64,000 bases of DNA, from assembly GCA_951406725.2 (NCBI GenBank), contig OX597829.1:6138001-6202000 (forward strand). Reading direction: 5' to 3'. The notes beneath the pieces were generated by a model. The model was not told where the DNA came from and did not search any database. It worked only from the letters and a program-made list of their open reading frames with translations. The stretch is from Octopus vulgaris. Taxonomy: Eukaryota. Positions 27,786 to 46,350 of the stretch are shown one piece after another. Position numbers and translations under genes: made by a program. The first letter of the stretch is position 1. The number at the start of each line of letters is the position of its first letter.

Positions 27786-28489
27786 CTATGCAAACATGTG
27801 TATAAGTATGTGTGTATATTGAACAAATAAGGAAATATTACTTAAATCCTTAGGGCTGGAAATAGCAAATATGACCACCATTTAGTTAGATATGAACAAG
27901 ACTTATATCCTATACTTCAAAAAATAGTTAATAAATAAAAATAAAAAAAAGCAACAACTTATAGCTGCAAAACTGAAAAGATGCAAAAGAAAGAACACTG
28001 GGCAACATGTAACCCCTTATTTTTCCTTCTTCTCTTCCATTCTTCTCACATTTGTTATATAAATTCATATAGATAATATATGTCAAACCAATCTTAAGAA
28101 TTCGTATGCATACATAAACACACACACACACACACACGCACGTACTTGCTTAGAATTTAACTCTTGTAAATCGGTTTAAACCTCTCACGGTCGCCTTACC
28201 TGCTAGAAACAGCAACCTAAATGCTCTTATATCAGATCCCAATGCTGGGTGTTCAAGAACCAAACTAAGGTCAGATTTCAATCCCGGGTCATCTTGTTAC
28301 CAAAATGGTATATGTCAATGTAGAGCCAATAAAGTTTGAGATGCAGGATACTCGCACAGACAGAATTTCATTTTTATTTATATAGATATATATGAAAGAA
28401 AATTTTAACGTATTTTCAGCTTTTTCTCAATATTTTCAATGTGCATGTGTGTGCGTGTGCGCGCGCGCACTTGTGCTAGCAATGCATCC

Positions 28490-29700
28490 CAGCGTTACCT
28501 GGTTGTTATGACCTAGAGCCACATTGTATTATTTGTTCCTCTATGACCTCTATGATGGTACATACCTTTGCCCCTCTGTCCCAGACAACAATATCCGACC
28601 TGTTATTTTTACATTTTATAGAAGTTTTGATGGGAATATTCCACCGGTATTCCTTGAGTTGGTGTTTATGAATGTATTCCATAACAGAAGGATTTTCTAA
28701 GTTTATTTCAGGACAGTCTTTTTGTGGATGGCATTGTAAATTGTTTTAGCAACAACATCGTGCAGCATAGGGAGGTAGTACCGTGACGACATTTTAGGAC
28801 AGCTGCTAATCACATGCTTGATGTCTTCCACAGAAACATGACATAAGCTACCCATGCGGTTGCACCTTGGGATTACAAGAGCGTCACTGTCTCTCTTGTT
28901 CACCAGTTAGTTTGTGGCAATCCCCAGTTCCCGGATTGCAAACGCATATCTCATGAAGTGTGATGTGATGTAGTGGTTTATGCCCAAGAGAGGTTGCGCT
29001 TCGTGTCGATTCTACTGTCTTCTTCAAGCTCCCGGGCAACATACCCATGCATAGTCTTTTTTTTTGTATGCTGAGTGCTTTCCATTCGGGTCTTCTCTAA
29101 GGTAAGAGATCCCAGCTGTTTTGGGGGTTGTATAGGAGATCATCAGGATGAGAGTGTTTCTTGAGGAGTTCACTGCCAACTCGTACAATGTTGCTCACTT
29201 CACTTTTCAGCATTGCATTTATATATTTATTTTTAGTGCTGTTGTTTAGGAGGTGCTGCCTGTATGATACCATACGACATTCGAAGGCCGTCTGCACTGA
29301 TCTCAGGCCTCTACCACCTTCATTCCTTCTGAGGTAGAGCCTATCAACATCACTGTTTCTGTGGAACTTCCCAGTTGTAGTCAGGATTTTGCAGGTTTTG
29401 ATATCTATTGAGTGAATTTCCTCTACAGACCAATCAAGTATCCCAAATGGTACTGCAAATGCATTGTGGAATATTGTTTTGCTGTAAGAGGAGAGTTCGA
29501 CGGCCGTATTTTCCTCAGTCTGGTGTAATATTCTCGGATCTCTCTATCTTTAGTCACATTTTCGTATATGCCTAGGTACTTGTAATATTCTTTGTGTGGA
29601 ATAGAGATAGAGAGACCGTTGATGCACAGGTTTTGACTTTGACTTTCCTCCTTCTATAACCATATACGAACAGTTCTTTTGGTCAAATTGTATGTATTTT
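28490..29700 (-). mobile_element. R4/Dong-like RLE LINE fragment (RT end, CCHC, RLE)
   Basis: YKYLGI...LYLRRNEGGRGLRSVQTAFE...KSMHG...SLCHVSVEDIKHVISSC...HDVVAK...WNIPIKT...NNRSDIVVWD. Confidence 0.8.
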
Positions 29701-30104
29701 TTTTTGTATGTGCACCATTTCCTGTAAGATCCGTGAAAACTTTTCTCGTTCTATGTTGTGAATGTACGTAAATTTTAACTGTTTTAATTATATTACACAG
29801 GCGTACGCACACATGCATATGTTTATATGTGTAACGTGTGTAATGTGTTTGTGTGTGTGTCTTTGTGTGCGCGCGCGCGTTTTTCCACGCTATTATTGAT
29901 TATATGCTAGGTTAAATCGTTAAATATATTTAAAACAATATCATCACAACGTATAGAAGTTATCTTGATATATAGAATACAATTTACTTTTCTGTTATAT
30001 TTATGTTTGTGGACAGGTGAAAATTAGTTCAGTTTGAAGACGTTGTCTTGGCGTTGAAAATTTACATTTGACATAGAAATATGATGAAATAAATAAATAT
30101 AGTA

Positions 30105-30492
30105 TGAGGTTTGTTCCCCAACCACATTGTTCCGGGTTCAATCCCACTGCGTGGTACCTTAAGTAAGTATCTTCTACAATAACCTTGTGCCGACCAAACA
30201 CTTGTGGATGGATTTGGTAGACGGACACTGAAAGAATCCCGTAGCACATATATATATCTGTGTACGCGTGTGTGTGCGCATGTGCGTGTGTTTGTCCTCT
30301 CATCCACTGCTTGGCAGCGGGCACTGAAGTGTTTATGTCCCCGTAACTTATAAGTTGGAAACAAGAGACACATAAATAGCTACCAATATTTAAAAAATGA
30401 AGTACTCGGGTCAATTCATTCGACTAAAGTTCTTCAAGATGTTGCTCCAGTAAGGCCACAGTTTAACGAATGAAACAAGTAGAAGATAAAAG
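30105..30492 (+). mobile_element. SINE family A, diverged
   Basis: aaccacattgttccgggttcaatcccactgcgtgg...gaaacaagtagaaga. Confidence 0.8.
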
Positions 30493-30558
30493 ATATATAA
30501 TATATGTGTAGGCGTCTGTGTGTATATGTACACACACACACATACTTACATTACATAC

Positions 30559-30658
<100 letters not shown>

Positions 30659-30671
30659 ACACACATACACA

Positions 30672-30711
<40 letters not shown>

Positions 30712-31622
30712 TACAAACATACATACAGATACTGACAAAGTATTGCAAACATATCATTATTGATTTATTTGTAAGGTTTTCTAGTTTCCTGGAGTTTTAG
30801 GGGCGACTTATACCTTAACCGCTCTACTTCTGCCAACTCTGTATCTTCTTTGCTTTATTAAACACTTTTTCTTAATTTTCGTTTAATACAAACACTCACA
30901 TAATATCAACGTTACTTTATTACTGCCACACACCTTTACGTTATCTCTGAAAAACGCAGTTTTACTTTAAAAAAATGAAAATGCATAGAAACAAAACAAA
31001 AAAGAAAAATAGAAATATAAGAACATAAAATGTAAAAAAAAAATTGTTCTAAAGTGCGCAGTGACAACTTTCCAATTTAACACCATATCTATAAAACTAA
31101 TACAGGCAAAAGAAATGAAAAAGTAAAACAAACTACAAAGTGTAAAGAACATTATCGATAGCCTGGCAACAGTCTGACAACTATATTTAAACAACTTTTG
31201 AATATATCTATATAGTAACATGTGATATAAAATAGTGACAAAAGTCAACAACTGTAAACTGTAAGTAAATAAATTTTATGTGGTTGAAAGACGTAAAATT
31301 TCTAGTACGTATTTTATGGAGAGCTACAACAAAACGAAACTACTTCAATGAGTTTTGTTGTAGACACTTAAAACTTCGTATATTTTTTTTTATCTCTTAT
31401 TCCAGATAACGGTAGTCTCTCTAATTCTCTTCCAGTTTTTCAAGTTTCGTTTCTCTACCTCTACTTCTAGTGAATTTTAAATGAATTTACAGCTCATATA
31501 GTAACACTATTATATTCCTTTCTGTTTCATTATATTGAAATCTAACATGCCAATAAGTGTAAATATATTCGGAGGTGCATAAGATTCTGCAATAATTATA
31601 ATTCAATATAATTATACATGTT

Positions 31623-31925
31623 GAGGCGCAATGGCCCAGTGGTTAGGGACAGCGGACTGGCGGTCGGAGGATCGCGGTTTCGATTCCTAGACCGGGCGTT
31701 GTGTGTGTTTATTGAGCGAAAACACCTAAAGCTCCACAAAGCTCGGGCAGGGGGTGGTGGCGACTCCTGTTGTACTCTTTCGCCCCAACTTTCTGTCAGT
31801 CTTTCTTCCTGTTTCTTGAGTAACGCTGCGATGGACTGGCGTCCCATCCAGCTAGGGGGAACACATACGCCACAGAAACCGGGAAACCGGGCCCATAAGC
31901 CTGGCTAGGATTGAAAAGGGCGCAT
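31623..31925 (+). mobile_element. tRNA-derived SINE family D
   Basis: gaggcgcaatggcccagtggttaggg...ggtttcgattcc head; ctgcgatggactggcgtccc motif (V-domain-like). Confidence 0.82.
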
Positions 31926-32241
31926 AAAATAATTACAATAATTACAATAATTATACGTAGAGCCTTATATTTTTATACATCCATTATATACTCAAATAGG
32001 ATTATCTGCGCTGACTTATGTAACTTTGAACACAAACATATCTGTCGACTTTTCTTTCTTACTTACCGCATACCTTGTTATCAGCTGGGCATGCTATATC
32101 TATGATCCAGTATAGTATGTTTTCTTTCTCAATTAAGATTATGTCTGGCTTCCTATTCTCCATCTCATGGTCACACTGAATCATAAAATCCCACAGGATC
32201 GTTGCATTATTATTTTCGACGATGCCTTCAGGTTTGTGGTC

Positions 32242-33205
<964 letters not shown>

Positions 33206-33619
33206 ACAGTCATACATGTACACATACTATCATATCTGACACACATATTTATTATATATATATACATATGTATATAAATATATATATATATACATATATA
33301 CACACATATTCATAAATAAATAAATATATATATATACACGTGCCAACACACACACACAGACACACACATATATATATATATATATATATGTATTTATATA
33401 TGCAACTGCGTGCAGGCAGGGATAAGATACATCCTCCGTTGTTTACCGTTGTTTATGAAGCACAAATATTGGTAAAATATGGCAACATCCTGACAGAGAC
33501 CTTCTCAAGATGAAAAATTTAAATCCATCTTTCTACCTTTAGACAACCCAAACAGAGACTCGCAACAACCTCTGTATTAATATGGAGACTTGAAAACCAG
33601 AACAACAACTATAATGGTT

Positions 33620-33745
33620 CCTAATTTTGCCACAAGGGCAGCCATTTTGAGAGAGTAGGTGAGTCGATCACATCGCCTCAGTGCGTAACTGGTACTTAAT
33701 TTATCGACCCCGAAAGGATGAAAGGCAAAGTCGACCTCGGCGGAG
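33620..33745 (-). mobile_element. SINE family C fragment
   Basis: cgaccccgaaaggatgaaaggcaaagtcgacctcggcgga. Confidence 0.8.
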
Positions 33746-34189
33746 AACAACAGCTATAATATCAATTGAAAGACCCATTCTAGGAACAAACTTTATATTA
33801 ACGGGTCAAACCGAAGTTTCGTATATTTGCTTGAAAGGCTGTATATATTTAAACATTTAAGAGTCTCCACGAACTCTATTGCTATCAGGTGCAAGAATTT
33901 TTCTGCCTGCCCGCATTTTACGAAATAAATCTTTGTGGGAATTAAGGATAAACCAATGGACACAGCATAACTCATTCCAGTGCTGGTTTATATCAACTTT
34001 ACTCTGGTTATATTTATTGTGTGGTTAGTTATCTCCCACTAATGGCTCTCTGTCTTTTTCTAAACGCTCATGCATATTCGAACCACGATTATATCAAACC
34101 TAGTTACTAAACCATCTTGTCACTTTCACAATCTTATCAGTCAGGAAATACTTGATAAACTGTACTCTTTTGTGGTTTTATCTATCTAT

Positions 34190-37326
<3,137 letters not shown>

Positions 37327-37331
37327 CCTAC

Positions 37332-37380
<49 letters not shown>

Positions 37381-37796
37381 GTTTGTCTGTCTGTCTATCC
37401 GTTTGTCTATCTATCTATCTATCTATCTATCTCTCTAGCTATCTATCTATCTTCCTCTCTCTCTCTCTCTATCTAAATTTACACACACACACTCACACAC
37501 ACACACATGTACATGAGTATCTGTACATACACAAAGAATATCAGTGTCATAACATTGCCTCAGTCTTTTTTTTTTTAATTATTCATCAATACTTAATGAG
37601 GAGTTCTATTAAAACCAAAGCATGTGAGTTTTATTTGGAAGTTGTGTACTAAAGATCTCACAATTGCAGTAGTTTGAATGTTTGATATATATGAACCTTT
37701 AACGTATGTGTCTTTCTGTGTGTTTGTGTATGTATTTGTACGTGCCTACATACACACATACATACATAAGTACGTAATACAACATACATACGCATG

Positions 37797-37842
<46 letters not shown>

Positions 37843-37846
<4 letters not shown>

Positions 37847-38114
37847 ATCCAAACAAGAAAGCACAAAAAAACACAACAACGCGAAAACGTGGAAAAAATA
37901 TAGTATTATTGGATGGTCAGGAATGAAAGAAAGAAAGACGGTTTAACGTTTCGAGCGGAGCTCTTCGTCGGAAACATAGGAGAAGGAAAGAGCCAGAGAA
38001 GGGAAGACAGAGGGGAAAAAATCGCCAACGGTACACACGCGGTCACATTTTGAATGACCGGAAGGAAATGGGTGAAGAAAAGTTCTTTCAAAGACAGGAG
38101 AGTGGTTCCTTGAA

Positions 38115-38115
<1 letters not shown>
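37843..38115 (-). mobile_element. Penelope-like element 3' end (GIY-YIG tail and 3'UTR with hammerhead), family B
   Basis: QGTTLLSLKELFFTHFLPVIQ resembles the GIY-YIG C-terminal R..KE..FI..F.P.LN; flanked by (TA)n on both sides. Confidence 0.7.
37941..37975 (-). ncRNA. minimal hammerhead ribozyme motif (core CCGACGA, one mismatch)
   Basis: GUUU-CCGACGA-A-GAGC ucc GCUC-GAA-ACGU-U-AAAC. Confidence 0.7.
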
Positions 38116-38159
<44 letters not shown>

Positions 38160-38384
38160 TACACAGACAACTGAATACATGCATACACGCACATATAAAT
38201 ACACAGACTCATGCACATTTATATACGGGTGTACTGTGCGCGTGTCTTCATGTATGAAAGAAAGGAAAGGCATAGGTGTGTAAATATATTCGCTTCGTTA
38301 TGTATAATGAGTTGGGTTTATTTGCAGATGCAAGCGAACGATTGAATCAATCCATATCACATACACACACACACACGGGCTTAT

Positions 38385-38417
<33 letters not shown>

Positions 38418-38649
38418 TATATACATATATATGTATGTATGTATGTTTACATCAGAAACGTAACCCCTTATACAATCACATATCTACGGAGGCTCAAATT
38501 TCTAAGTTTAGTTCCACTGCATGGCACCTTTGCAGATGTCTTCTAGTACATGCCCGGGTCGACTAAATCATTTTGGATTTTGCTGGCGGAAATTGAACGA
38601 AGCCCGTCGTTTATACAAACACATACACACAGAGACATGCGTATATATA

Positions 38650-38698
<49 letters not shown>

Positions 38699-39250
38699 AT
38701 ATCTGTGTGCGTGGGTGTATGTGTGTGTGCGCGTGTCTTTATGCTGTATTTGTACACGTCTACCACTTAACAACCTGTATTTCTTTACGCCCTCGCAACG
38801 CAGCGGTTCACAAAAACCACAAAGTACGAGGTTCGAAAAGTATGTGCATGTTCGTAGTCTAATATAATTAAACGATAAGAGGCATGTGTGTGTGAGTGTG
38901 TGTGTATGTGTGTGTGTGTGTGTAAGTAGAAGAATATATGCATACACAAAAATAGACAAAGAGAGTGTGAGAGAGTGCCATCGAGGGAGGAGGGAGGGAA
39001 ATCCTATGCATACTAAAAAAAAAACACAATGCGTATATATATACGCGTGCGTATACGTATATGTATATGAATATGTACAAAAAATATACGTTAGTAAATT
39101 TGAATGCAACACACATACACATGTTTATATGTGTATGTATGTATATATATATATACATATATACATGTAGATATGTATGTACATGTATGTATAATGTGTG
39201 TATGTATATATGTATATATATATATGTGTGTATACATATATGTGTATACA

Positions 39251-39322
<72 letters not shown>

Positions 39323-39742
39323 CAAGTGTGTGGTGCGCGTGTATATCAATTTGTCTATTTGTATAATTGTGTGAATGTATTTACAACTTTTCTCCAGGCT
39401 ATAACGGGCTTGCATTCTGCCCATCCTCTACGCGGCTTAAATGAATAAAAAGGATCCATTGAAACAAATCTCTGGTCACGCAAAGAGATGTCACAAGGTC
39501 GAAATGCTGGTTACTTCAATGATAAAATGATTTGGCACTGTACTTTTTTGCTTTTAGCATATCAGTCACCCCCAGGCCTCGGTTTAGTAGAAAGAAAATA
39601 AATTAAAAATAATAAATTTAAAAAAAATATATATATCACTAATCATCACAAAGGTTGTAGAAACAAAATGTATTTCATCGAGACCTTAATCAAACCATTA
39701 AGGACATTGGCGTGCAAAGTGGTGCAAAGTGAGTTAGTGTGT

Positions 39743-39801
<59 letters not shown>

Positions 39802-39879
39802 TGTACATATGTATATATATATATACACGCACACATATATATGTATATGTAAATATATATACTAAATATATATATATAT

Positions 39880-40090
39880 TCAATATGTGACCGCGTGTGT
39901 ATCGGTTGCGATTTTCTTTCTCCGTCTTCCCTTCCTTAGACCTTTCCTTTTCCTATGTTTCTGATGAAAAGCTCCACTCGAAACCTTAAATCCTCCTTTC
40001 TTTCCTTTCCTGAGCGTCCAATAACACTATACTTGTTCCACGTCTTTTGGTCTGCTGTATTTTCTCTTTGTGTTTTTATGTTTGGATTAA

Positions 40091-40092
<2 letters not shown>
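39880..40092 (+). mobile_element. family B Penelope-derived fragment with degenerate hammerhead (39957-39991)
   Basis: gtttCTGATGAaaagctccactcGAAAccttaaat; (TA)n flanks. Confidence 0.7.
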
Positions 40093-40140
<48 letters not shown>

Positions 40141-40149
<9 letters not shown>

Positions 40150-40784
40150 TTAATAAGGGTGAGAGAATTAGATACTAATTTAATAGTATATTTATTCCAC
40201 ACCAAGTGGCCTAGTGCTACGAGAAACCTGGATTATTATAATATTTTATAACATATTATAATATTTTCACAAAATAAATATAAGAGAGTGGTCACTATAT
40301 TGATCACCCTAGCACCAGTTAATCCAAAAGGTTTCAACCACGAAAAATACATGTTTCCCATGAAAGCCAGTACGACTGTTAGCTCACACGGACAGGGCAA
40401 ATAAAAAATAACAAAAATACAGATTATTTTGGGACAATTGTTTCGCTATTAATGAATTAAATGTAATATTACTTACAATAATCCATTTGTAGCTCTTCAG
40501 CCAAGACTATCTGGATGAAATCCACTCAATCACACGCCAGATTTTACCATAACGATAAATACGCGTGCGGTTCAATTGATTACATCGGACGTTATAATTC
40601 AAATGCCCCAACCAACAGCGCGCCAAACTCTCACGGAAAACAAATACAGCATTTAGAAATAAATGCAGCATAATTATAATTAATTAATAAGGGTGAGAGA
40701 ATTAGATACTAATTTAATAGTATATTTATTCCACACCAAGTGGCCTAGTGCTACGAGAAACCTGGATTATTATAATATTTTATA

Positions 40785-40785
<1 letters not shown>
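40141..40785 (-). mobile_element. non-coding retrozyme-like/Penelope-derived element, 534-bp unit present as ~1.2 tandem copies
   Basis: identical ~111-bp direct repeats 40141-40251 and 40675-40785; internal hammerhead; (TA)n on both sides; no ORF. Confidence 0.75.
40429..40504 (-). ncRNA. hammerhead ribozyme (type I-like, intact core, long stem II)
   Basis: UUGG-CUGAAGA-GCUA[AAUGGAUUA..UGUAA..UUACA..UAAUUCAUU]UAGC-GAA-ACAAUUGU-C-CCAA. Confidence 0.85.
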
Positions 40786-40854
<69 letters not shown>

Positions 40855-41299
40855 CTTGATCTTTCTATGTATCTTTGATCTATTTATCTATCGATTTACA
40901 TAACTATCTACCTATCTGTATCCATATACACATGCGTAGAAAAGTGTGTATGCTTATTTATGTATATGTATATATATACATATGCATGTGTCTGTATGTA
41001 TATGTGTGTGTATGTTTATGTGTGTATGTAATGTGTGTATGTGTGTGTGTATGATATAATATCATCTGTTTAGTAATCTAATAGTCTGCTTTCCAAAGCT
41101 CCTCTTTGGGTGTCGTCCGCAGATGCAGTAGAAATTTTATGCGCGATATACATGTGGAAATCCGTAAGTATTCGTGGAGTATACATGTAATCTTAACGCG
41201 ATAAGATGGAATAAGCAAGTTTATTACAAATTATTACAATTATTTCAGTTCACGATTATCAGATAGTAATCGTTGTATATCATATACATTACATATTAT

Positions 41300-42000
41300 T
41301 GCTTTAATATGATTCTATAATATTATACATATTATTGCATTAATATTCTTGTGTGTCTTCAGGTGAATAGGATCTAAATAATTGTTAGAAAATTTCTCTG
41401 TTTTATACCTACTCAATGGTGCTATTTTTAGCCGTCCATTGACAGAGAACATGAAAATGCAAAGAGATACAAATGAGAAAAAATGCTAAATATAAATTAA
41501 CGAAAATAAAATAATCAAGAAGTAAACTCCGTTTACATCCATCTTTAACCAAAGACTTGTCTCAACTTTTAGGAAAATAAGATTACATTCAAATATTATA
41601 ATGTCAGAAAATGATAAACTTTGTCTCTTATGTCTGTTAACGATCCATTTGAAAAGAAATCAGTTATCTTGGACCCTTTATTTTCATATTGATTAACTAT
41701 ATTATTGTTAGGTGTATATTTATTTTTTTCGCTGTATCCCGCTCTGGCTAATACTGCATTGTAATACTCAACGTGTGAATTAATTATTGCTTTATTCGCA
41801 GAAAGCCTGGATATTCTATATAGCACACTTTTCATTATACCGTTCAATATGGAGTGCGGATGATTCGATCTTATATTGACATACCTTAGATTTTCGTTGG
41901 CTCTCTGGTATGGTTCGTATATGCCAGTATTTAGTATTAAGTGGTACATTTAGAAAATTCACTACGGCGAAATTGTTTTCTATTGTTATAGACAGTCCAC
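41300..42000 (-). mobile_element. Penelope-like element RT C-terminal fragment
   Basis: VNFLNV..LNTGIYEPYQRANENLRYVNIRSNHPHSILNGIMKSVLYRISRLS...YYNAVLARAGY. Confidence 0.8.
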
Positions 42001-43599
42001 TGTATCACTTTGGAACATGTGCAAAACACGATGCACATCACTCGCTGACCTAATATGGAACCTCAAAAAGAAAGAGATATGCCGTACGATTTGAACAGTG
42101 ATATGAAATGCGTACACGTACAATGCATACTCAAAATCGTCTAACCTTTACTTGGAAGAAACACTATACATAATATTATGCAATGATAGCATCATTACCA
42201 AGCACTCTCAAATTGTTCTAACGTGTATCCACAAAATTAAGATCTCGTTTTTCGAATTTCGAAGGAACTTGTGATATTTAATTTTATATCAATCATTTAT
42301 TTACTTATATATGTATTCATTGAGGACATTTTTATTATTAAAATCATTAAACTGCTGTATATTTATATTATGTAATTTCCTAATAAATTGTTGTTTGTAA
42401 AAGTGACAACTATTGGATACAGGCATTTACCATGACGTACATTTACCATGTATGTGTAGCTGCAAACCTAGTTATAGAATGAGTTTTGCATGCATTTCTA
42501 TATTAGCATTATTATACGTGAGTGAACAAATCACGATATATATAAAATCATGAAGGCCACAACGAACAAACCTAATAATAAAGTTATCCCTATCCTTATA
42601 TTTCTTTTTCGAGTATACTATAAAAAATTTAAATGAATAGATATAAATAAGGGGTAGATATTATTATATGTGGGAGTTTAGAGGCTTCTAAGCAGAGTAG
42701 CATGAAAAGAAACACATTCATAAAAGTGAAAAATATGAGCATATATTTAGATAGATATACGTAAATGCAAATATATATACATTAGTTTTGAGTAAATGTA
42801 TATATACGCATATATATATATATAAGAATGCGTTCAAGTATAGTTTATTTAATTGTCTCTCTTAATAACTTGTTTGCAACCAGGATAAAGACCACAATGG
42901 TAATATTATAGAGCTAAATTCAAATCTGTAAACTGACAGGATTTGGTATCCAGGTGTGCTAAGTGGTCACATGTCACTGATTTTCTTTCAAGTGGAACGA
43001 AAACAGACACAAGAGACAATACCTAAAGATTATCATTTTATGACATCATTTTTGAATAGTCAATTATATTCTCAAAACTTGTGACCAGCTTGTAGTTAGA
43101 GATAGAATGAATACGGGGTTTATTTTGTGCATCTTAACTTACCTCTTTTGACTAAAATAAGATCACACATCAACCAAGAGCTGAAGTAGATGTAATTGAA
43201 TAATAATATCAAACTCCTTGATTTTTACGCCCGTATAAGAAAATAATAATTTTTTTATTTGTGTGTGCGTGTGTGTGTGTGTGTGTGTGTTGAATTTAAA
43301 GAGTAGTGAATCCTTTTAACAAAAAGTTGAACATGATTATTTTGGTTCAATCAGTTCATCGCTTCATTCCTATCCAGGTATACTACCGCCGCTGTATGTG
43401 AATCATATTTCACATTTATATATATCCTCCTCCAACTTTTAAACAACCCTTCTATAAGAAGCTCACTTTCCCTACTCTCTCCTGTGAAATATACATATAT
43501 TCAAAGTCCAATGAAGGCGACTAACAAATTTCGAATCCACTTTAAATTTTTTCTTTGTTTTTCTGTTAAATAAGTATTGTATATATACCGATAGACACG

Positions 43600-43694
<95 letters not shown>

Positions 43695-44288
43695 AAATAC
43701 ATATACTGAAAATGCTCCAGGAGGTGGGCCAATATTTCATATACTAGAACAATCATCATATGAGACGAACGGATTTTAAAAGAACGCTACAGCTATTTAT
43801 AGCAGCGTGAGTTAGCGTGAATGTCCAATAGAATTCTTGAAATGTTAGTCATTAAAAGTTATTTATAAGTACAAATTTCGATTATTTATTTCTCGGTCAA
43901 CCGCATATTCATGTCATCGGCTTATGAAAAAATGATAGTTTCATCTTACTAAAGGTTTCAAGCTAACTTGAACTAATATAAATGGCGTGCATAAAATGTT
44001 CCTTTCTCTCCAATGAAGACCGTAGTAGCACGTGAAACATTACGCCTAATATCTAGAGAGAATTTAATAGATATTTGATTTTAATCTAATATGGATTGTG
44101 TGGTTCCTCACCATCTTTAAATGTATAACTCCATACAAACACGCAAACGCGCAACAAACCCGTATATATATACATATTCGAAGAAAATATATATACTTAC
44201 AAAGACACACACAAACCACACACACACAAACGCACTTATAAACTCTCAACCACACTTATATGTACCGCATTAATATCATAAATATAGA

Positions 44289-44349
<61 letters not shown>

Positions 44350-44352
<3 letters not shown>

Positions 44353-44715
44353 TCTTTTACTCTCTTTTACTTGTTTCAGTCATTTGACTGCGGCCATGCT
44401 GGAGCACCACCTTTTAGTACTTATTCTATCGGTCTCTTTTTGCCGAACCGCTAAGTGACGGGGACCTAAACACACCAGCATCGGTTGTCAAGCAATGCTA
44501 GGGGGACAAACACAGACACACAAACACACGCATACATATATATATACATATATACGACAGGCTTCTTTCAGTTTCCGTCTACCAAATCCACTCACAAGGC
44601 ATTGGTCGGCCCGGGGCTATAGTAGAAGACACTTGCCCAAGATGCCACGCAGTGGGACTGAACCCGCAACCGTGTGGTTGGTTAGCAAGCTACTTACCAC
44701 ACAGCCACTCCTGCG

Positions 44716-44717
<2 letters not shown>
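44350..44717 (-). mobile_element. SINE family A
   Basis: reverse-complement copy in a (TA)n array. Confidence 0.9.
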
Positions 44718-44775
<58 letters not shown>

Positions 44776-44832
44776 CTATGTTTATATTTATAAATATTAA
44801 TGCATATGTATGTTTGTTATATACATAAACAA

Positions 44833-45455
44833 GCGCAGGAGTAGCTGTGTGGTAAGTAGACTTTTATTAACAGACCAGAGTGGCCTCCGCAGGTGGCTGC
44901 TCTGGTACTGGAAAGAAAGGACTTTTTTCACATGTCAGGCTCCTTCCCAAGGGAGGATTATAGATTACTTGCGGATGCAGGGATGCCTGCAGGCTGCAAG
45001 AGAATTAATCGGGGACGTGAGGTAAGAGGTTCATCGCCTCCATATGTGTCTAATTGTGTTTTTAATTGTAATGGACTTCTTAGTCCAAAGAAATTGTAAA
45101 ACATTGTAAATTGTAAGAGGGTTATTACCTCAATATGTGTTTTATTAAAAGAACAATGTTTTAGAGAAGCAGAGGGTCGGCGGGCACTTTCTCTCTTCTT
45201 CTATCCTTATCATCTTGTATCATTATCATTTGCCTCATCAATGTCTTGTCCAGCCCGCAAAGCTACCCATCTCTTTACTGCCTCTATGGCAAATGAAATG
45301 GATAAAAGTAGCTTGCTTACCAACCACATGGTTCCGGGTACATTCCCACTGCGTAGCACCTTGGGTAAGTGTATTCTACTATAGCCTCGGGTCGACCAAA
45401 GCTTTGTGAGTGGATTTGGTAGACCGAAACTCAAAGAAAGCCGGCGTATATATGC

Positions 45456-45510
<55 letters not shown>

Positions 45511-45713
45511 TGTGTGTTTGTCCCCCCAACTTCGCTTGACAACCGATGGTGGTGTGTTTACATCCCCGTAACTTAGCGGTTCGGCAAAAGAGTCCGATAG
45601 AATAAGTACTAGGCTTACAAAGAATAAGTCCTGGGGTTGATTTCCTCTACAAAAGGCGGTGCTCCAGCATGGCCGCAGTCAAATGACTGAAACAAGTAAA
45701 AGAGTAAAAGAGT
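44833..45713 (+). mobile_element. SINE family A interrupted by a ~450-bp insertion
   Basis: head gcgcaggagtagctgtgtggtaagtag resumes as aagtagcttgcttacc at 45306. Confidence 0.85.
44860..45305. mobile_element. unclassified insertion with 6-bp TSD (AAGTAG)
   Basis: TSD at 44854-44859 and 45306-45311. Confidence 0.65.
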
Positions 45714-45735
45714 ATATGCACATAAACAAATACAC

Positions 45736-45798
<63 letters not shown>

Positions 45799-45931
45799 CA
45801 CACACACATACACATATATATATATATGTATGCATGTGTGTATGTGTACGTACATATGTATACACGCACATAAATATATATAGACATATATATTTATATT
45901 TGTATATGCATATGCATGTGTGCATGTGTGC

Positions 45932-46033
<102 letters not shown>

Positions 46034-46040
46034 ACATGTG

Positions 46041-46350
46041 GAAGCGCAATGGGCCAGTCGTTAGGGCAGTGGACTCGCAGTCATAAGATCGCGGTATCGA
46101 TTCCCGGACTGATCATTGTGAGTGTTTATTGAGCGAACCCTGCTGTACTCTTTCACCACAACTTTAATTATTTCTTCCTGTTTCTCTTGTACTTGTATTT
46201 CAAAGGGGCCAGCCTTGTCGCACTCTGTGTCACGCTGAATTTCCCCGAGAACTACGTTAAGGATACACGTGTCTGTGGAGTGCTCACGAGCAGGCTGTTC
46301 CGTTGATCGGATCAACTGGATCCCTCGTCGTCGTAACCAACGGAGTGTCT
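46041..46350 (+). mobile_element. tRNA-derived SINE family D variant
   Basis: gcgcaatgggccagtcgttagggcagtggactcgc...cgattccc; 3' half differs from the 31623 copy. Confidence 0.8.

Noticed and set aside
41232-41265. Possible hammerhead on - strand (CUGAUAA...GAAAUAAUUGUA) near the Penelope fragment
   Set aside because: Core mismatches and no convincing stem II
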